Shown here: in pieces, positions 1 through 9,410 of the stretch | Layout of the letters: each line of letters begins with the position of its first letter | Position numbering within the stretch: the first letter of the stretch is position 1 | Source of the DNA: Spirochaetia bacterium | GTDB lineage: Bacteria; Spirochaetota; Spirochaetia; DSM-2461 | Assembly: GCA_963666985.2 (NCBI GenBank) | Contig: CAXXIA010000001.1 | Location: forward strand, 640,001 to 704,000 | Direction: 5' to 3' | DNA length: 64,000 nucleotides | Position numbers and translations under genes: made by a program | Notes under the pieces: generated by a model | Told to the model about the DNA's origin: nothing | The model's input: only the letters and a program-made list of their open reading frames with translations | Databases searched by the model: none

Positions 1-473
1 TTTTTTTACCAAGAGCGCTTTCCGCGAAAGCCCAGAAATGTTCACGGCCCTCAAAAAGGGTAAGGCAGACCGAACACACAGCCTTCCGCAAAACCGTTGG
101 AGGATGAATTTTCCAATTGATAACGAGCAACATCCACAAGTTCATATTGTTCCGAAATGGTACCCGAAACCTCTATCTCGCCGGAGATATACATCGCCGA
201 AGTGATTTTTCCTCCCGACAGTTCGTACAATGAATCGGCAAAGGCCAAACTGGTGCGTCCCATAATATGTTCCGTACCCATACGGTCCCAGAAAACCAAT
301 TCTCTGGCGGTTATGTTGTTAATATTGAATTCTCCGCTTGATGCCGTTTCCCGGGCCGTTGACTCGGTTTGAGAATCGTTTTTTTCCGAGGATACGGATT
401 TGTCTCCGCACGAAGAGAGTAATGCCAGAAATATCGCCATACTCACGGCGAATCCACAATAAAATCTTTTCAC
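1..473 (-). pseudogene. TRAP transporter substrate-binding lipoprotein (DctP family), N-terminal part; frameshifted and running off the window edge
   Basis: Lipoprotein signal (LLSSC) and DctP-like segments (FADSLYELSGGKI, VFGLPY). The ORF stops at 51, but removing one C from CCC at 58-60 gives LPYLFEGREHFWAFAESALGKK, a typical DctP continuation. Confidence 0.7.
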
Positions 474-656
474 GATATGAACCTCTTGTATTGATTGTGA
501 TTAGGGACTGATTGTTCTGCAGAAACAGTCGATTCATTGATCATATAAGGGCCGTACGTCGATTTTCATGGCAAAATCCGCTTTGGAATCTTGCAAAAAT
601 CGACATGTTATCGGTGTATACTATTTTTTTGAGGCTTCTATGAGGAGTGCATAAGG

Positions 657-1556
657 ATGCCGAAAGCAAAATCACAGAAAGATATGGGATATGGCGAAAC
701 CGTACCTGCTTTTCAGCTCCCCAATGATTTTTCGGTTTTATATTTCCGTGATTATAATTTTAAGGCCAGTCTTCCTCATCTTCATCCGGATTTTGAATTC
801 ATGCTGATTCTGCACGGTGATGTAAAAGTCGCGGCCGATGCGACTCTTTATTCGGTACCGACCGGAAGCGTGATTATAATGCCGCCCAATTTGGTGCATT
901 GCACGATTCTCGACAATACGGAAATGCTGTATGAACGGCAAATCCTTCATTTGACATCGTCCTATATTGATTTGTTTCATGAGAAAAACGATTTTATCCG
1001 GATTTTTTCCACTCCGATTGTCATTAACTGCAGTATCAAAGACACCGTGGAATTTCGCGATCTATTGGAAAAAATCATGACGGAGGATAAAAATCTTCAC
1101 TCCGGTGATTCCTTCGCTCGGTCGATGATTACGATGTTTCTTTTAAAGTGCGCTCGGAAACTGGAAGAGTCGCCTTCTCAGAGAGTCAGCAACACCAGCA
1201 TCCTTGTGGACCGGCTGATTCGATATATCGAGGAGCATTTCACCGAACCGGAATTATCCCTGGAAAATCTGACCGCGCAGGCTTATGTCAGCAAAGGGCA
1301 TCTGAATCGTTTGTTTAAGGCCTATACGGGAGTCAGTCTGTATAAATATGTTATCCAGCGCCGGCTGATTTATTCGACCGAATTATTACAGCGGGGATTC
1401 TCCGTGCTGTCGGCCGGTCTCGAGAGCGGATTTGAAGATTATACGTGTTTCCTCAAGGCGTTTAAAAAGACCTATGGAATGACTCCAAGAAATTACTGCA
1501 CACTGAAGGCTCAGCAAGGAAGGCAAACGGGATTTCTCGCCGAAAGATTTTTTTAG
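657..1556 (+). CDS. AraC-family transcriptional regulator (cupin sensor + HTH)
   Basis: N-terminal HLHPDFE cupin motif; C-terminal AraC signature (LNRLFKAYTG...SGFEDYTCFLKAFKKTYGMTP); divergent from the TRAP gene. Confidence 0.9.
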   Translation: MPKAKSQKDMGYGETVPAFQLPNDFSVLYFRDYNFKASLPHLHPDFEFMLILHGDVKVAADATLYSVPTGSVIIMPPNLVHCTILDNTEMLYERQILHLTSSYIDLFHEKNDFIRIFSTPIVINCSIKDTVEFRDLLEKIMTEDKNLHSGDSFARSMITMFLLKCARKLEESPSQRVSNTSILVDRLIRYIEEHFTEPELSLENLTAQAYVSKGHLNRLFKAYTGVSLYKYVIQRRLIYSTELLQRGFSVLSAGLESGFEDYTCFLKAFKKTYGMTPRNYCTLKAQQGRQTGFLAERFF

Positions 1557-1599
1557 TCGTGTTTTTCAAAAGCTGAAATCGGTATTGTCTTATGAATGC

Positions 1600-2424
1600 T
1601 TAGGCAAATCGGCCGAAAAGATCATACGCGTTTTTCACCGTCGTCTCGGCGAGAATCGTCGGATCGGTTTCTCGTATTTGCGCGAGTGCTTCCAGTGTGT
1701 GGCCGATATGACCGGGATGATTGAGTTTCCCGCGGACGGGCTGAGGAGAGAGAAACGGCGCATCGGTTTCGAGAAGAATCCTCTCCGACGGTATTCGCGC
1801 CGCGGCATCTCTGAGAAGTTCCGTTTTCTTATACGTAAGATTTCCCGCGAAGGATACGTAGAAACCCAAATCAAGAGCCCTGCGAGCGGTTTCCCAGCCG
1901 GATGAAAAACAGTGAAAAACTCCCCGGCGGCAGGGTGATTCTTTTATAAGGGTTAGGACGCGTTCATCGGCGTTTCGGTTATGGATAATGATCGGTTTGC
2001 CGAATTCGGCCGCAAGCTCCAGCTGATCGCGAAAGGCTTTCTCCTGGCGTTCCGGTGATGAATGGTCCCTGTAGAAATCAAGACCCGTTTCTCCTATGGC
2101 CGCTACGGAAGGATGAGCGGCTTGGCGCCGGAGAATATCGAATCTATTCTTCCAATCTCCTTCTTCCTCGGAAGTTGAATTCGGATGGATTCCCGCCGAG
2201 AGAAAAACTTTTTCAAACCGATTGGCCAAGGCTGTTCTTTCGGAGAAGCCTGTTTCGTCAACGGCCACATCGACGGCACCGACGAGGCGGGTGCCGAATA
2301 GCAAATCCAAAATGTTCTCAGCATCCAAACCGCGGCTCTTCATAACAAAGGCATGGAAATGAGTGTCGAAGAGGGGATAAGGCAGATGGATCTTAACGTC
2401 GTCGGTAGTCTGCGGCATGTTCAT
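1600..2424 (-). CDS. tatD: TatD-family metal-dependent hydrolase
   Basis: DTHFH, AGIHP, AIGETGLD, IIIHNR, GVFHCF and LLETDAP motifs. Confidence 0.9.
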   Translation of the reverse strand: MNMPQTTDDVKIHLPYPLFDTHFHAFVMKSRGLDAENILDLLFGTRLVGAVDVAVDETGFSERTALANRFEKVFLSAGIHPNSTSEEEGDWKNRFDILRRQAAHPSVAAIGETGLDFYRDHSSPERQEKAFRDQLELAAEFGKPIIIHNRNADERVLTLIKESPCRRGVFHCFSSGWETARRALDLGFYVSFAGNLTYKKTELLRDAAARIPSERILLETDAPFLSPQPVRGKLNHPGHIGHTLEALAQIRETDPTILAETTVKNAYDLFGRFA

Positions 2425-2719
2425 TCCCTTGATATCTGGAGGTTCCGAACAATATTCGCAAAAAGAAAGAAGCGTATCAAGAATCTAAATAGGGCAGGAT
2501 TCCGATGCCCCGCTCTTTGGATGAAGTCGAATATTGGCGGAAAATCCGATTCAATAGCGGAATAAGCCGGCTGACCATCGGCCGCCTGTATCGATACACC
2601 CCAAGAAGACGCAGGCGATTCCGAGTGGATTCTCTCAAAATATTGAAATTAAGACAGCCGGGCGGATCAGGCGGTGTGACATGAAATTTAATACACGGTG
2701 CGGCCGCGGGATTTGTCTT

Positions 2720-4105
2720 TTAGCGATTCTTTCTTTCGCCCAGTTTCCCGCGGACGGCTGAAAAGTAAATTCCCACGGCACAGAATACCGTGAAAATTAC
2801 GAATGAGACTTGAACGCTTTTTCCGAAGGCCTCAATGGTTTTGAGTCCGATTTCTCTCTCTCCGATGAAATGTCCGAAAACAACCGTGGTAACGCACATA
2901 CTCAAAACCATTCCAAGAAATCTCATCGTAGCAACCGTACCCGAAGCCAGACCGAAGTGTTTTCTCTCTACCGAACTCATGATGGCATTTGTATTCGGAG
3001 AAGAAAAAAGAGCATAGCCTAAGCCGAGAAGTATCAGTATCGGAACCACGTAGAAAAGAGTGCTTCCCGTTGTCAGAAAGGAAAAAAGAAACAATCCGAG
3101 TGCCGTTAACCCCATGCCTGAGGAAACCAGAATCGCCGGTTCTATTTTATCCGATAACTTTCCGGTTACAGGAGAAAGCAGTGCCTGAGTTATCGGCTGG
3201 GTTGCGAGAATAATCCCCGTCATTTGCGGACTGATGCGTAAAGAAACCTGAAGATAAAGACTCATCAGGAAGGATATGGCGAAGGTTGATCCGTAATGAA
3301 TAAGAGCCGCAACGGAGGAAAAGGCAAAAAGCCTGTTGTTTTTTAACAGCCTGACTTCGAAGAGCGGATAAGTGATTTTCAGTTCATGACGAACGAAGAG
3401 AATTAATCCGATAAATCCGGGAATAAGGAAAAATAGTCCTCTGATTTTCGGCAGAAGAGTCATACCGTACATGAAAAGCACGAGTGAAAGGGCATAGAGG
3501 ATGCTTCCTTTGACATCATACGGTTCTCCTTTGGCATCGGCCCATTCGTCTTTGACAAAAAGAAGGGCCAAAAAGAAAGGAATGAGTGTTGTTGGTGCCA
3601 TTATGTAAAAGATGGACCGCCATCCCAGAGCTCCCGTGAACACTCCGCCCAGGAACGGCCCGCAAGACATTCCCGTGTACACCGCCGCGGTTCCGATGCC
3701 GATGGAAAATCCCCTTTTTTGCGGAGGGTAAACAGAACTGATGAGCGCCATGGCGGTTGTGTTGATCATGGCCGATCCGATTCCCTGAAGAGTTCTGAAG
3801 ATGAGAAGGGAAATAATGGAATGAGAGAATCCGCATAAGAGAGTTGTCAGAGAGAAAAGGCCGAGTCCGATGATGTAGATTTTCTTTCTGCCGAAAATGT
3901 CGGCGATTTTTCCGAAGATAATCAGAAATACCGCACCCGTGAGAATATAGATTGTTGTAATCCACGTAAGGGTAACCGCATTAATGGAAAGATCTTCCTG
4001 CATAAAGGGAAGGGCGACATTCAGCGCCGATGTCATGATGGCGACGATAAAAGAAGAAACGACTACCGAGATTGTTACGGAGATTTGTGTGGATTTCTGA
4101 GTCAT
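2720..4105 (-). CDS. MFS transporter, DHA2/EmrB-QacA-like drug efflux
   Basis: About 14 hydrophobic segments with MFS motif A (GKIADIFGRKK). Start moved to the ATG at 4105 (AAGAGG upstream). Confidence 0.88.
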   Translation of the reverse strand: MTQKSTQISVTISVVVSSFIVAIMTSALNVALPFMQEDLSINAVTLTWITTIYILTGAVFLIIFGKIADIFGRKKIYIIGLGLFSLTTLLCGFSHSIISLLIFRTLQGIGSAMINTTAMALISSVYPPQKRGFSIGIGTAAVYTGMSCGPFLGGVFTGALGWRSIFYIMAPTTLIPFFLALLFVKDEWADAKGEPYDVKGSILYALSLVLFMYGMTLLPKIRGLFFLIPGFIGLILFVRHELKITYPLFEVRLLKNNRLFAFSSVAALIHYGSTFAISFLMSLYLQVSLRISPQMTGIILATQPITQALLSPVTGKLSDKIEPAILVSSGMGLTALGLFLFSFLTTGSTLFYVVPILILLGLGYALFSSPNTNAIMSSVERKHFGLASGTVATMRFLGMVLSMCVTTVVFGHFIGEREIGLKTIEAFGKSVQVSFVIFTVFCAVGIYFSAVRGKLGERKNR

Positions 4106-4197
4106 GGAACCTCTTGATGTCTTTTGGATCTCTGTCGAGTGGAGTGGCCGGAAAATTTTCCAAGCGGTTTCTTCCGAGCGGCTTCGGGGGGTCATGA

Positions 4198-4225
4198 AAA
4201 ACCCCGCCCGGCCGGGCGGGGTTTT
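4198..4225. terminator. Intrinsic terminator after fbaA (A/T tails on both sides)
   Basis: AAAACCCCGCCC-GGCC-GGGCGGGGTTTT perfect inverted repeat ~20 nt past the fbaA stop. Confidence 0.85.
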
Positions 4226-4245
4226 GAATCAAATAAGAATCGCTT

Positions 4246-5331
4246 TTAATTCCTGTTCATGGCGTTCAGATTTTCGAAAGCTTCCACAACACGGGCAACC
4301 AGGGATTCCTGACCTTTGCGCAGCCAAACGCGGGGATCGTAGAACTTTTTGTTGGGAGCATCGGCCCCGGTGGGGTTGCCGAGCTGTCCCTGGAGGTAGG
4401 CTTCGTTTTCCTTGTAGAAATCCAGAACGCCTTTCCAGGTGGCCCACTGGGTGTCGGTGTCGATGTTCATTTTCACCACGCCGTAGCTGATGGCTTCGCG
4501 GATTTCCGCCTGAGAAGAGCCGGAGCCTCCGTGGAAAACGTAGGTAACCGGATGCTTCTCGGAAAGTCCGTGCTTTTCGACGATGTACTTCTGTCCTTTG
4601 TCCAGGATGGAGGGGGTGAGCTTCACGTTGCCGGGTTTGTAGACTCCGTGGACGTTGCCGAACGCGGCGGCGACGGTGAAGTAGGGGCTGATTTTCAGAA
4701 GTTCGGTGTAAACGTAGTCGATTTCCTCGGGCTTGGAATAGAGGTCGGCGGTGTCGTGATCGGAGTTGTCCACGCCGTCTTCTTCACCGCCGGTGATGCC
4801 GAGTTCCATTTCCAGATACATGCCCATGGCGCTGGTGCGCTTGAGGTATCCTTTGGTGATTTCCACGTTTTCTTTCAGCGGTTCCTCGGAAAGATCGATC
4901 ATGTGGGAGCTGTAAAGAGGACGGCCGTGCGCTTTGTAGTAGGCTTCTCCGGCGTCCAAGAGGCCGTCGAGCCAGGGAAGAAGTTTTTTCGCGCAGTGAT
5001 CGGTATGAAGCACGACGGGGATGCCGTAAGCTTCGGCCATCTGATGAACATGATGAGCACCGGCGATTCCGCCCAGAATATCGGAACGGCGGCCGTCGGC
5101 GGGCTTGCAGCCCTTTCCGGCGTAGAACGTCGCTCCGCCGTTTGAAAACTGGATCATCACCGGTGAATTGACTTTCGCGGCGGCTTCCATAACGCCGTTG
5201 ACCGATTCGGTGTTCACGCAGTTTACCGCGGGCATGGCGAAACCTTCGCTTTTACAGATGTCGAAAAGCTTTTTGAGATCGTCTCCGTATACCACGCCGG
5301 GTTTGATGTAATCGAGGACCTTTTGACTCAT
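4246..5331 (-). CDS. fbaA: Class II fructose-bisphosphate aldolase
   Basis: LHTDHC, SSHMIDLS, GITGGEEDG, FGNVHGVY, FHGGSGS, KMNIDTD and YDPRVW motifs. Start at MSQKV (5331) with AAGGAG RBS. Confidence 0.97.
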   Translation of the reverse strand: MSQKVLDYIKPGVVYGDDLKKLFDICKSEGFAMPAVNCVNTESVNGVMEAAAKVNSPVMIQFSNGGATFYAGKGCKPADGRRSDILGGIAGAHHVHQMAEAYGIPVVLHTDHCAKKLLPWLDGLLDAGEAYYKAHGRPLYSSHMIDLSEEPLKENVEITKGYLKRTSAMGMYLEMELGITGGEEDGVDNSDHDTADLYSKPEEIDYVYTELLKISPYFTVAAAFGNVHGVYKPGNVKLTPSILDKGQKYIVEKHGLSEKHPVTYVFHGGSGSSQAEIREAISYGVVKMNIDTDTQWATWKGVLDFYKENEAYLQGQLGNPTGADAPNKKFYDPRVWLRKGQESLVARVVEAFENLNAMNRN

Positions 5332-5413
5332 GTCTTTGCTCCTTGTGGGTTCTGATTGGCTATAACTTATATCAGTGTCGTTAAGCAATACTATTTTATC
5401 AAGAATAAGTGTA

Positions 5414-5442
5414 TTGACCCAAGCCTCGGAGCGAAATAGGAT
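5414..5442 (+). promoter_or_regulatory. Sigma70-like promoter of tRNA-Leu
   Basis: TTGACC-N17-TAGGAT ending 16 nt before the tRNA. Confidence 0.6.
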
Positions 5443-5458
5443 GACGGGAATCCCAATT

Positions 5459-5542
5459 GCCGGCGTGGTGGAATTGGTAGACACAGCGGACTTAAAATCC
5501 GCTGATCTTTGGATCGTACCGGTTCAAGTCCGGTCGCCGGTA
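5459..5542 (+). tRNA. tRNA-Leu (anticodon UAA), CCA not encoded
   Basis: GCCGGCG/CGCCGGT acceptor stem, D-loop GGAATTGGTAGAC, anticodon arm GCGGA-CTTAAAA-TCCGC, long variable arm, T-loop GGTTCAAGTCC. Confidence 0.97.
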
Positions 5543-5560
5543 TCTTACAATTTTTTTTCT

Positions 5561-5767
5561 GCAGGTGACCGGACTTGAAGGTCTAGGAGAGCGAGAGGGA
5601 TGACCAAGCTTATTGGAAATCCCCGAGCCGACGCAGATCTCTGCAGAGCAGAAGGGTTTTGTCGCCGACCGATAGGGAAGGATGAGCGACCAAGGAAGGT
5701 CGCGGAAGACAAAACCAGCGGCCAGTAGAGAGGCAACACGAAAGTAGGGCAAGTCCGGTCGCCGGTA
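5561..5767 (+). ncRNA. tRNA-linked structured element (antisense and sense copies of the tRNA 3' end at its termini); candidate ncRNA or mini-element
   Basis: 5564-5579 is the reverse complement (1 mismatch) of tRNA 5523-5538. 5750-5767 is an exact 18-bp copy of tRNA 5525-5542. Nested internal stems 5597-5601/5619-5623, 5638-5644/5725-5731, 5655-5663/5708-5716 and 5686-5691/5698-5703. Confidence 0.6.
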
Positions 5768-5889
5768 AACCGTTCTTTTCAGTTGTTTTGAGAAACATAA
5801 CGATATCGAAATCCTTTTGCGGTGAAAGCGGCGTCCGCAATGCGGGCCCTTTTCGCCCGCGGAAGGTCCCGGCGAAGGAGTCTGTTCCC

Positions 5890-6936
5890 ATGAATAACCC
5901 AAAAAAATACACTTCCGGCATATTCACGGGAATCGGCGCACTTGAAACGGCGGAAATCAATTCTCGCCCTCTTAAATCACATGAAGTCGGAATCAAAAAT
6001 ATGGCCGCCGGGATCTGCGGAACGGACATCCATATTTATAACGGCGAGAAAGGATCCGCCGAGGTTCACCCTCCCATTGTTCTGGGACATGAATATTCGG
6101 GAATTGTCGTTGAGGTCGGCGCGGAGGTAACGACGCTGAATGTCGGCGATCATGTCACTATTGATCCGAATATCTACTGCGGGATTTGTCCGTACTGCCG
6201 CTCGGGAAAGAAACACCTCTGCGGCAATCTTCAAGCTGTCGGCGTAACGCAGGACGGCGGTTTTGCCGAGTACAGTATTGTTCCTGAGGCTCAGGCCTTA
6301 CGGGTTGATGAATCGGTCGCCTTTGAAGATGCCGCATTGCTGGAGCCTCTTGCCTGCTGTATCCACGGGATGGACATCGCTTCGGTCAAGCACGGAGATA
6401 CGGTTTTGATTATCGGAGCGGGCGCCATCGGTCTGATTATGCTTCAGCTGGCCAGGCTGGGCGGGGCTTCGTGTGTGATTGTCAGCGAGCCTTCGGAAAA
6501 GCGGCGGCGGAGTGCGATGGAGCTCGGTGCCGATTATGTTCTTAATCCCATCGTTGAGTCTCCCGCCGACATTCTTAATGAGCGGACGGAACGGGGAGGC
6601 GCCGATGTGGTGATTGAATGCGCCGGAGCATCGAAGGCCGCGGAGCAGGCTTTTCAAGCGGCCGCGAAGGGCGCTTCCATTCTTTTATTCAGCGTTCCGT
6701 CTCCCGATGCTTCTTTCAGCCTGCCTTTATATGATGTTTTCGGTAAAGAACTGAGAATCTTCGGTTCGTTCATCAATCCCGATACGCACCTTCGAGCCAT
6801 TGAGCTGCTGAATACAGGCCGGATTAAATTGAAAGAGTTGATATCTCATCGGTATCCGCTGGAGAGAATTGATGAAGCATTGAAAATGGCTTCATCTCCG
6901 GAATCCGTCAAAGTCGTGGTTTTGCCGAATCGCTAG
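5890..6936 (+). CDS. Zn-dependent medium-chain dehydrogenase (sorbitol/L-iditol/threonine dehydrogenase-like)
   Basis: GICGTD, GHEYSG, structural Zn CxxCxxC...C and GAGAIG Rossmann motif. Start at ATG 5890 after AAGGAG. Confidence 0.9.
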   Translation: MNNPKKYTSGIFTGIGALETAEINSRPLKSHEVGIKNMAAGICGTDIHIYNGEKGSAEVHPPIVLGHEYSGIVVEVGAEVTTLNVGDHVTIDPNIYCGICPYCRSGKKHLCGNLQAVGVTQDGGFAEYSIVPEAQALRVDESVAFEDAALLEPLACCIHGMDIASVKHGDTVLIIGAGAIGLIMLQLARLGGASCVIVSEPSEKRRRSAMELGADYVLNPIVESPADILNERTERGGADVVIECAGASKAAEQAFQAAAKGASILLFSVPSPDASFSLPLYDVFGKELRIFGSFINPDTHLRAIELLNTGRIKLKELISHRYPLERIDEALKMASSPESVKVVVLPNR

Positions 6937-7255
6937 AGGCTTTTAAAAGTTAAAATCCTCTACCGATCAAACCTTCGCGATAATCATTCCAATTTATAAT
7001 GACGACATGTTCAGCCGTCGGCAGAACATGCTATTAATCTTCCTTAAGCGCCCCTTCAAAACTGTAATGGCCGAATCATCTCTCTATAGATATAATATAA
7101 ATAAAGTAATATATCGGACTGTTTGAAAGGTCTGTAAAAGGCTGTACAAGAGCCGAATGAACGAACCGGATTGAAAAAGCTTTGTCGGAGCCGAAACAAA
7201 CGGTGTTAAAAACGCATGAGGCTTCAAAAAAACCGAGACACAAAGAGGCGATTCC

Positions 7256-8299
7256 ATGATGTCCAAAAAAATATTTTTATCGGCAGTGGCGGCCGCGTTT
7301 ACCCTCTCGCCCACACCTTCCTTTGCCAAAACGAAAGAAGCCGTTTTCGCCGGAGGATGCTTCTGGTGCATCGAATCCGCTTTCGAGGAACTCCAAGGCG
7401 TCTCTCAGGCCGTCAGCGGCTATACCGGGGGACATGTGGAGAATCCCACATATGAACAGGTCTGCACCGGCCGAACGGGACATTATGAAGCGGTGAAGAT
7501 TACCTACGACGAAGAGATTATCGGCTACGAAGATTTACTCAATGTCTTTTGGCGAAACATCGATCCCGCCGACGCTTCGGGTCAGTTCTACGACAGGGGC
7601 GATCAGTATCGAACGGCTATTTTTTACGGAAGCGAAACCGAAAAGCGTCTCGCCGAAGAATCCAAAGCCGCTCTGGAAGCATCGGGCAAATTGAATAAGC
7701 CGGTTGCCACCCAAATCCTTCCGGCCGAGACGTTCTATGAAGCGGAAGACTATCATCAGGATTATTATTGCAGACAGCCGATGCGCTATCAGGCCTATAC
7801 CGAGGGCTCGGGGCGAAAGATTTTCCTGGAGAATCTTTGGGCGGATAAGGAGTGGAACATGTATGAAAAGCCTTCCGATAGACAGCTGAAGAAAGACTTG
7901 AGTCCTCTTCAATATGACGTTACCCAGAAAGAGGGAACGGAAAGGGCCTTTACCGGGGAATACTGGAACAATCACGAAGAAGGAATCTACGTCGATGTTG
8001 TTTCCGGAGAACCGCTTTTTTCCTCAAAGGATAAATTCGATTCGGGCAGCGGCTGGCCCTCCTTCACGAGAGCCATCGACGATCAATTTCTGGTAAACCG
8101 CTCGGATCAATCTTTCGGCATGGCGCGGACCGAAGTCAGAAGCCGGTACGGCGATTCACACTTGGGACATCTTTTCGATGACGGACCGCCCGAAGAGGGG
8201 GGCCTGCGCTACTGCATCAATTCGGCTTCCCTCCGATTCATTCCCAAAGAAGACTTGAAAGCCGAGGGATACGAAGAATACCTCAAGCTGTTTGAGTAA
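7256..8299 (+). CDS. msrAB: Exported fused peptide-methionine sulfoxide reductase MsrA/MsrB
   Basis: Signal peptide; MsrA GGCFW and AEDYHQ; Msr[15 protein letters not shown] and RYCINS. Confidence 0.95.
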   Translation: MMSKKIFLSAVAAAFTLSPTPSFAKTKEAVFAGGCFWCIESAFEELQGVSQAVSGYTGGHVENPTYEQVCTGRTGHYEAVKITYDEEIIGYEDLLNVFWRNIDPADASGQFYDRGDQYRTAIFYGSETEKRLAEESKAALEASGKLNKPVATQILPAETFYEAEDYHQDYYCRQPMRYQAYTEGSGRKIFLENLWADKEWNMYEKPSDRQLKKDLSPLQYDVTQKEGTERAFTGEYWNNHEEGIYVDVVSGEPLFSSKDKFDSGSGWPSFTRAIDDQFLVNRSDQSFGMARTEVRSRYGDSHLGHLFDDGPPEEGGLRYCINSASLRFIPKEDLKAEGYEEYLKLFE

Positions 8300-8448
8300 T
8301 CTTCAATATTTTTAGATTGACCCCGCCTGTCGGCGGCGGGGTGCGGTGCGGAATCCCATTGCGGCAAGAACGGCGCCGGCAGGCGGGGGGGAGTGCCGCC
8401 CCGTCGTGAAACAGCCGCCCGTTATCGGGACTCGCCTCGGATGAACAC

Positions 8449-9243
8449 TTGCCCAAACCGGCTCCGAAGTCTACCATCCGGCGCATGTCCGCCGTCTCAA
8501 AACGCATCGGCAGAAAAATCGACAAGGCCATCCTCCAGTTCGGAATGCTCCGGGAGAACGATCATGTTCTCATCGGCCTTTCCGGGGGAAAGGACTCTCT
8601 GGCGCTGGCGTATCACATGGCCCGTAAAGCCGCCTCAAGCCGATACCCCATTCCATTCACTGCGGAAGCCGTGCATGTCCGGACCGATTTCGCCACCTAT
8701 CCGGTCGGAGATGATTTTCTGGAAATCGTCCGCGGCTGGGGACTGAAGGTAACGGTGATCGACGTGGACGTTGAGCGGCGCCTGAAAGAAGGCTACAAGC
8801 TTAACTGCTGGTGGTGTTCCGCCCAGCGCCGATTGGAAATGGCCCATTTCTCTCAAGAAATCGGCGCGACGAAGATCGCTCTGGGACATCATCTTGAAGA
8901 CATTCTTGAAACCTTCCTGATGAATATGAGCGGGAAGGGCGAGATGTCCACGATGCTTCCGGTTATGTGCTACGACCGTTATCCGCAGACCGTCATCAGA
9001 CCCCTGGCCTGGACCCACGAAGAGGAAATTCGTGAATTCGTGGAAACCATGGGGCTTGCAAGCTTTACCTGTACATGTCCGTGGGACAGCCGCTCGCCCC
9101 GAAAGGCCGCCAGGCGCGCCTTGGAGGAACTCTCCGCGGGACGTCCCCGGGCCAAGGATTTAATGTTCCGCGCCCTCTGCAATCCCAACGGACGGTATCT
9201 GCCGGAGATTGTTTCCGAGCCTCCGGAAACTTTCAGACAATAG
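8449..9243 (+). CDS. ttcA: tRNA 2-thiocytidine biosynthesis TtcA-family protein
   Basis: PP-loop SGGKDS, CWWC, ALGHHLED, IRPL and a C-terminal CTCP. Confidence 0.85.
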   Translation: MPKPAPKSTIRRMSAVSKRIGRKIDKAILQFGMLRENDHVLIGLSGGKDSLALAYHMARKAASSRYPIPFTAEAVHVRTDFATYPVGDDFLEIVRGWGLKVTVIDVDVERRLKEGYKLNCWWCSAQRRLEMAHFSQEIGATKIALGHHLEDILETFLMNMSGKGEMSTMLPVMCYDRYPQTVIRPLAWTHEEEIREFVETMGLASFTCTCPWDSRSPRKAARRALEELSAGRPRAKDLMFRALCNPNGRYLPEIVSEPPETFRQ

Positions 9244-9410
9244 CAGCTTCTGTTTAAAACTTTTTTTACATACAGCAATCCGACCTGTTTTAAATCAAAA
9301 AATATAAATAAACCGCAGGTTTGTTATTCCAAACAAACCTTGTTTTAATTAATACTCCTCTGTAATATGGATTAATTTGGATACATTGTTGAACATTTGA
9401 GGAGAGTCCT

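Noticed and set aside
2555..2625. Three-way-junction RNA upstream of tatD
   Set aside because: Stems are short (5-7 bp), compatible with chance at this GC content, and match no known riboswitch motif.
5332..5484. N-terminal extension of FbaA in the ORF track
   Set aside because: It runs antisense through the tRNA and its promoter; the RBS and family similarity start at 5331.
5543..7000. Large integrative island or prophage at tRNA-Leu
   Set aside because: The duplicated tRNA end is only 225 bp away, and no integrase or phage genes were recognised in the window.
7006..7030. Palindrome CATGTTCAGCCGTCGGCAGAACATG
   Set aside because: Plausibly a simple terminator or operator after the dehydrogenase gene; no U-tail or second copy supports a specific call.
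8321..8388. SRP (4.5S) RNA
   Set aside because: Long hairpin, but the conserved CAGG...GGAA...AGCA domain IV motif is absent on both strands.
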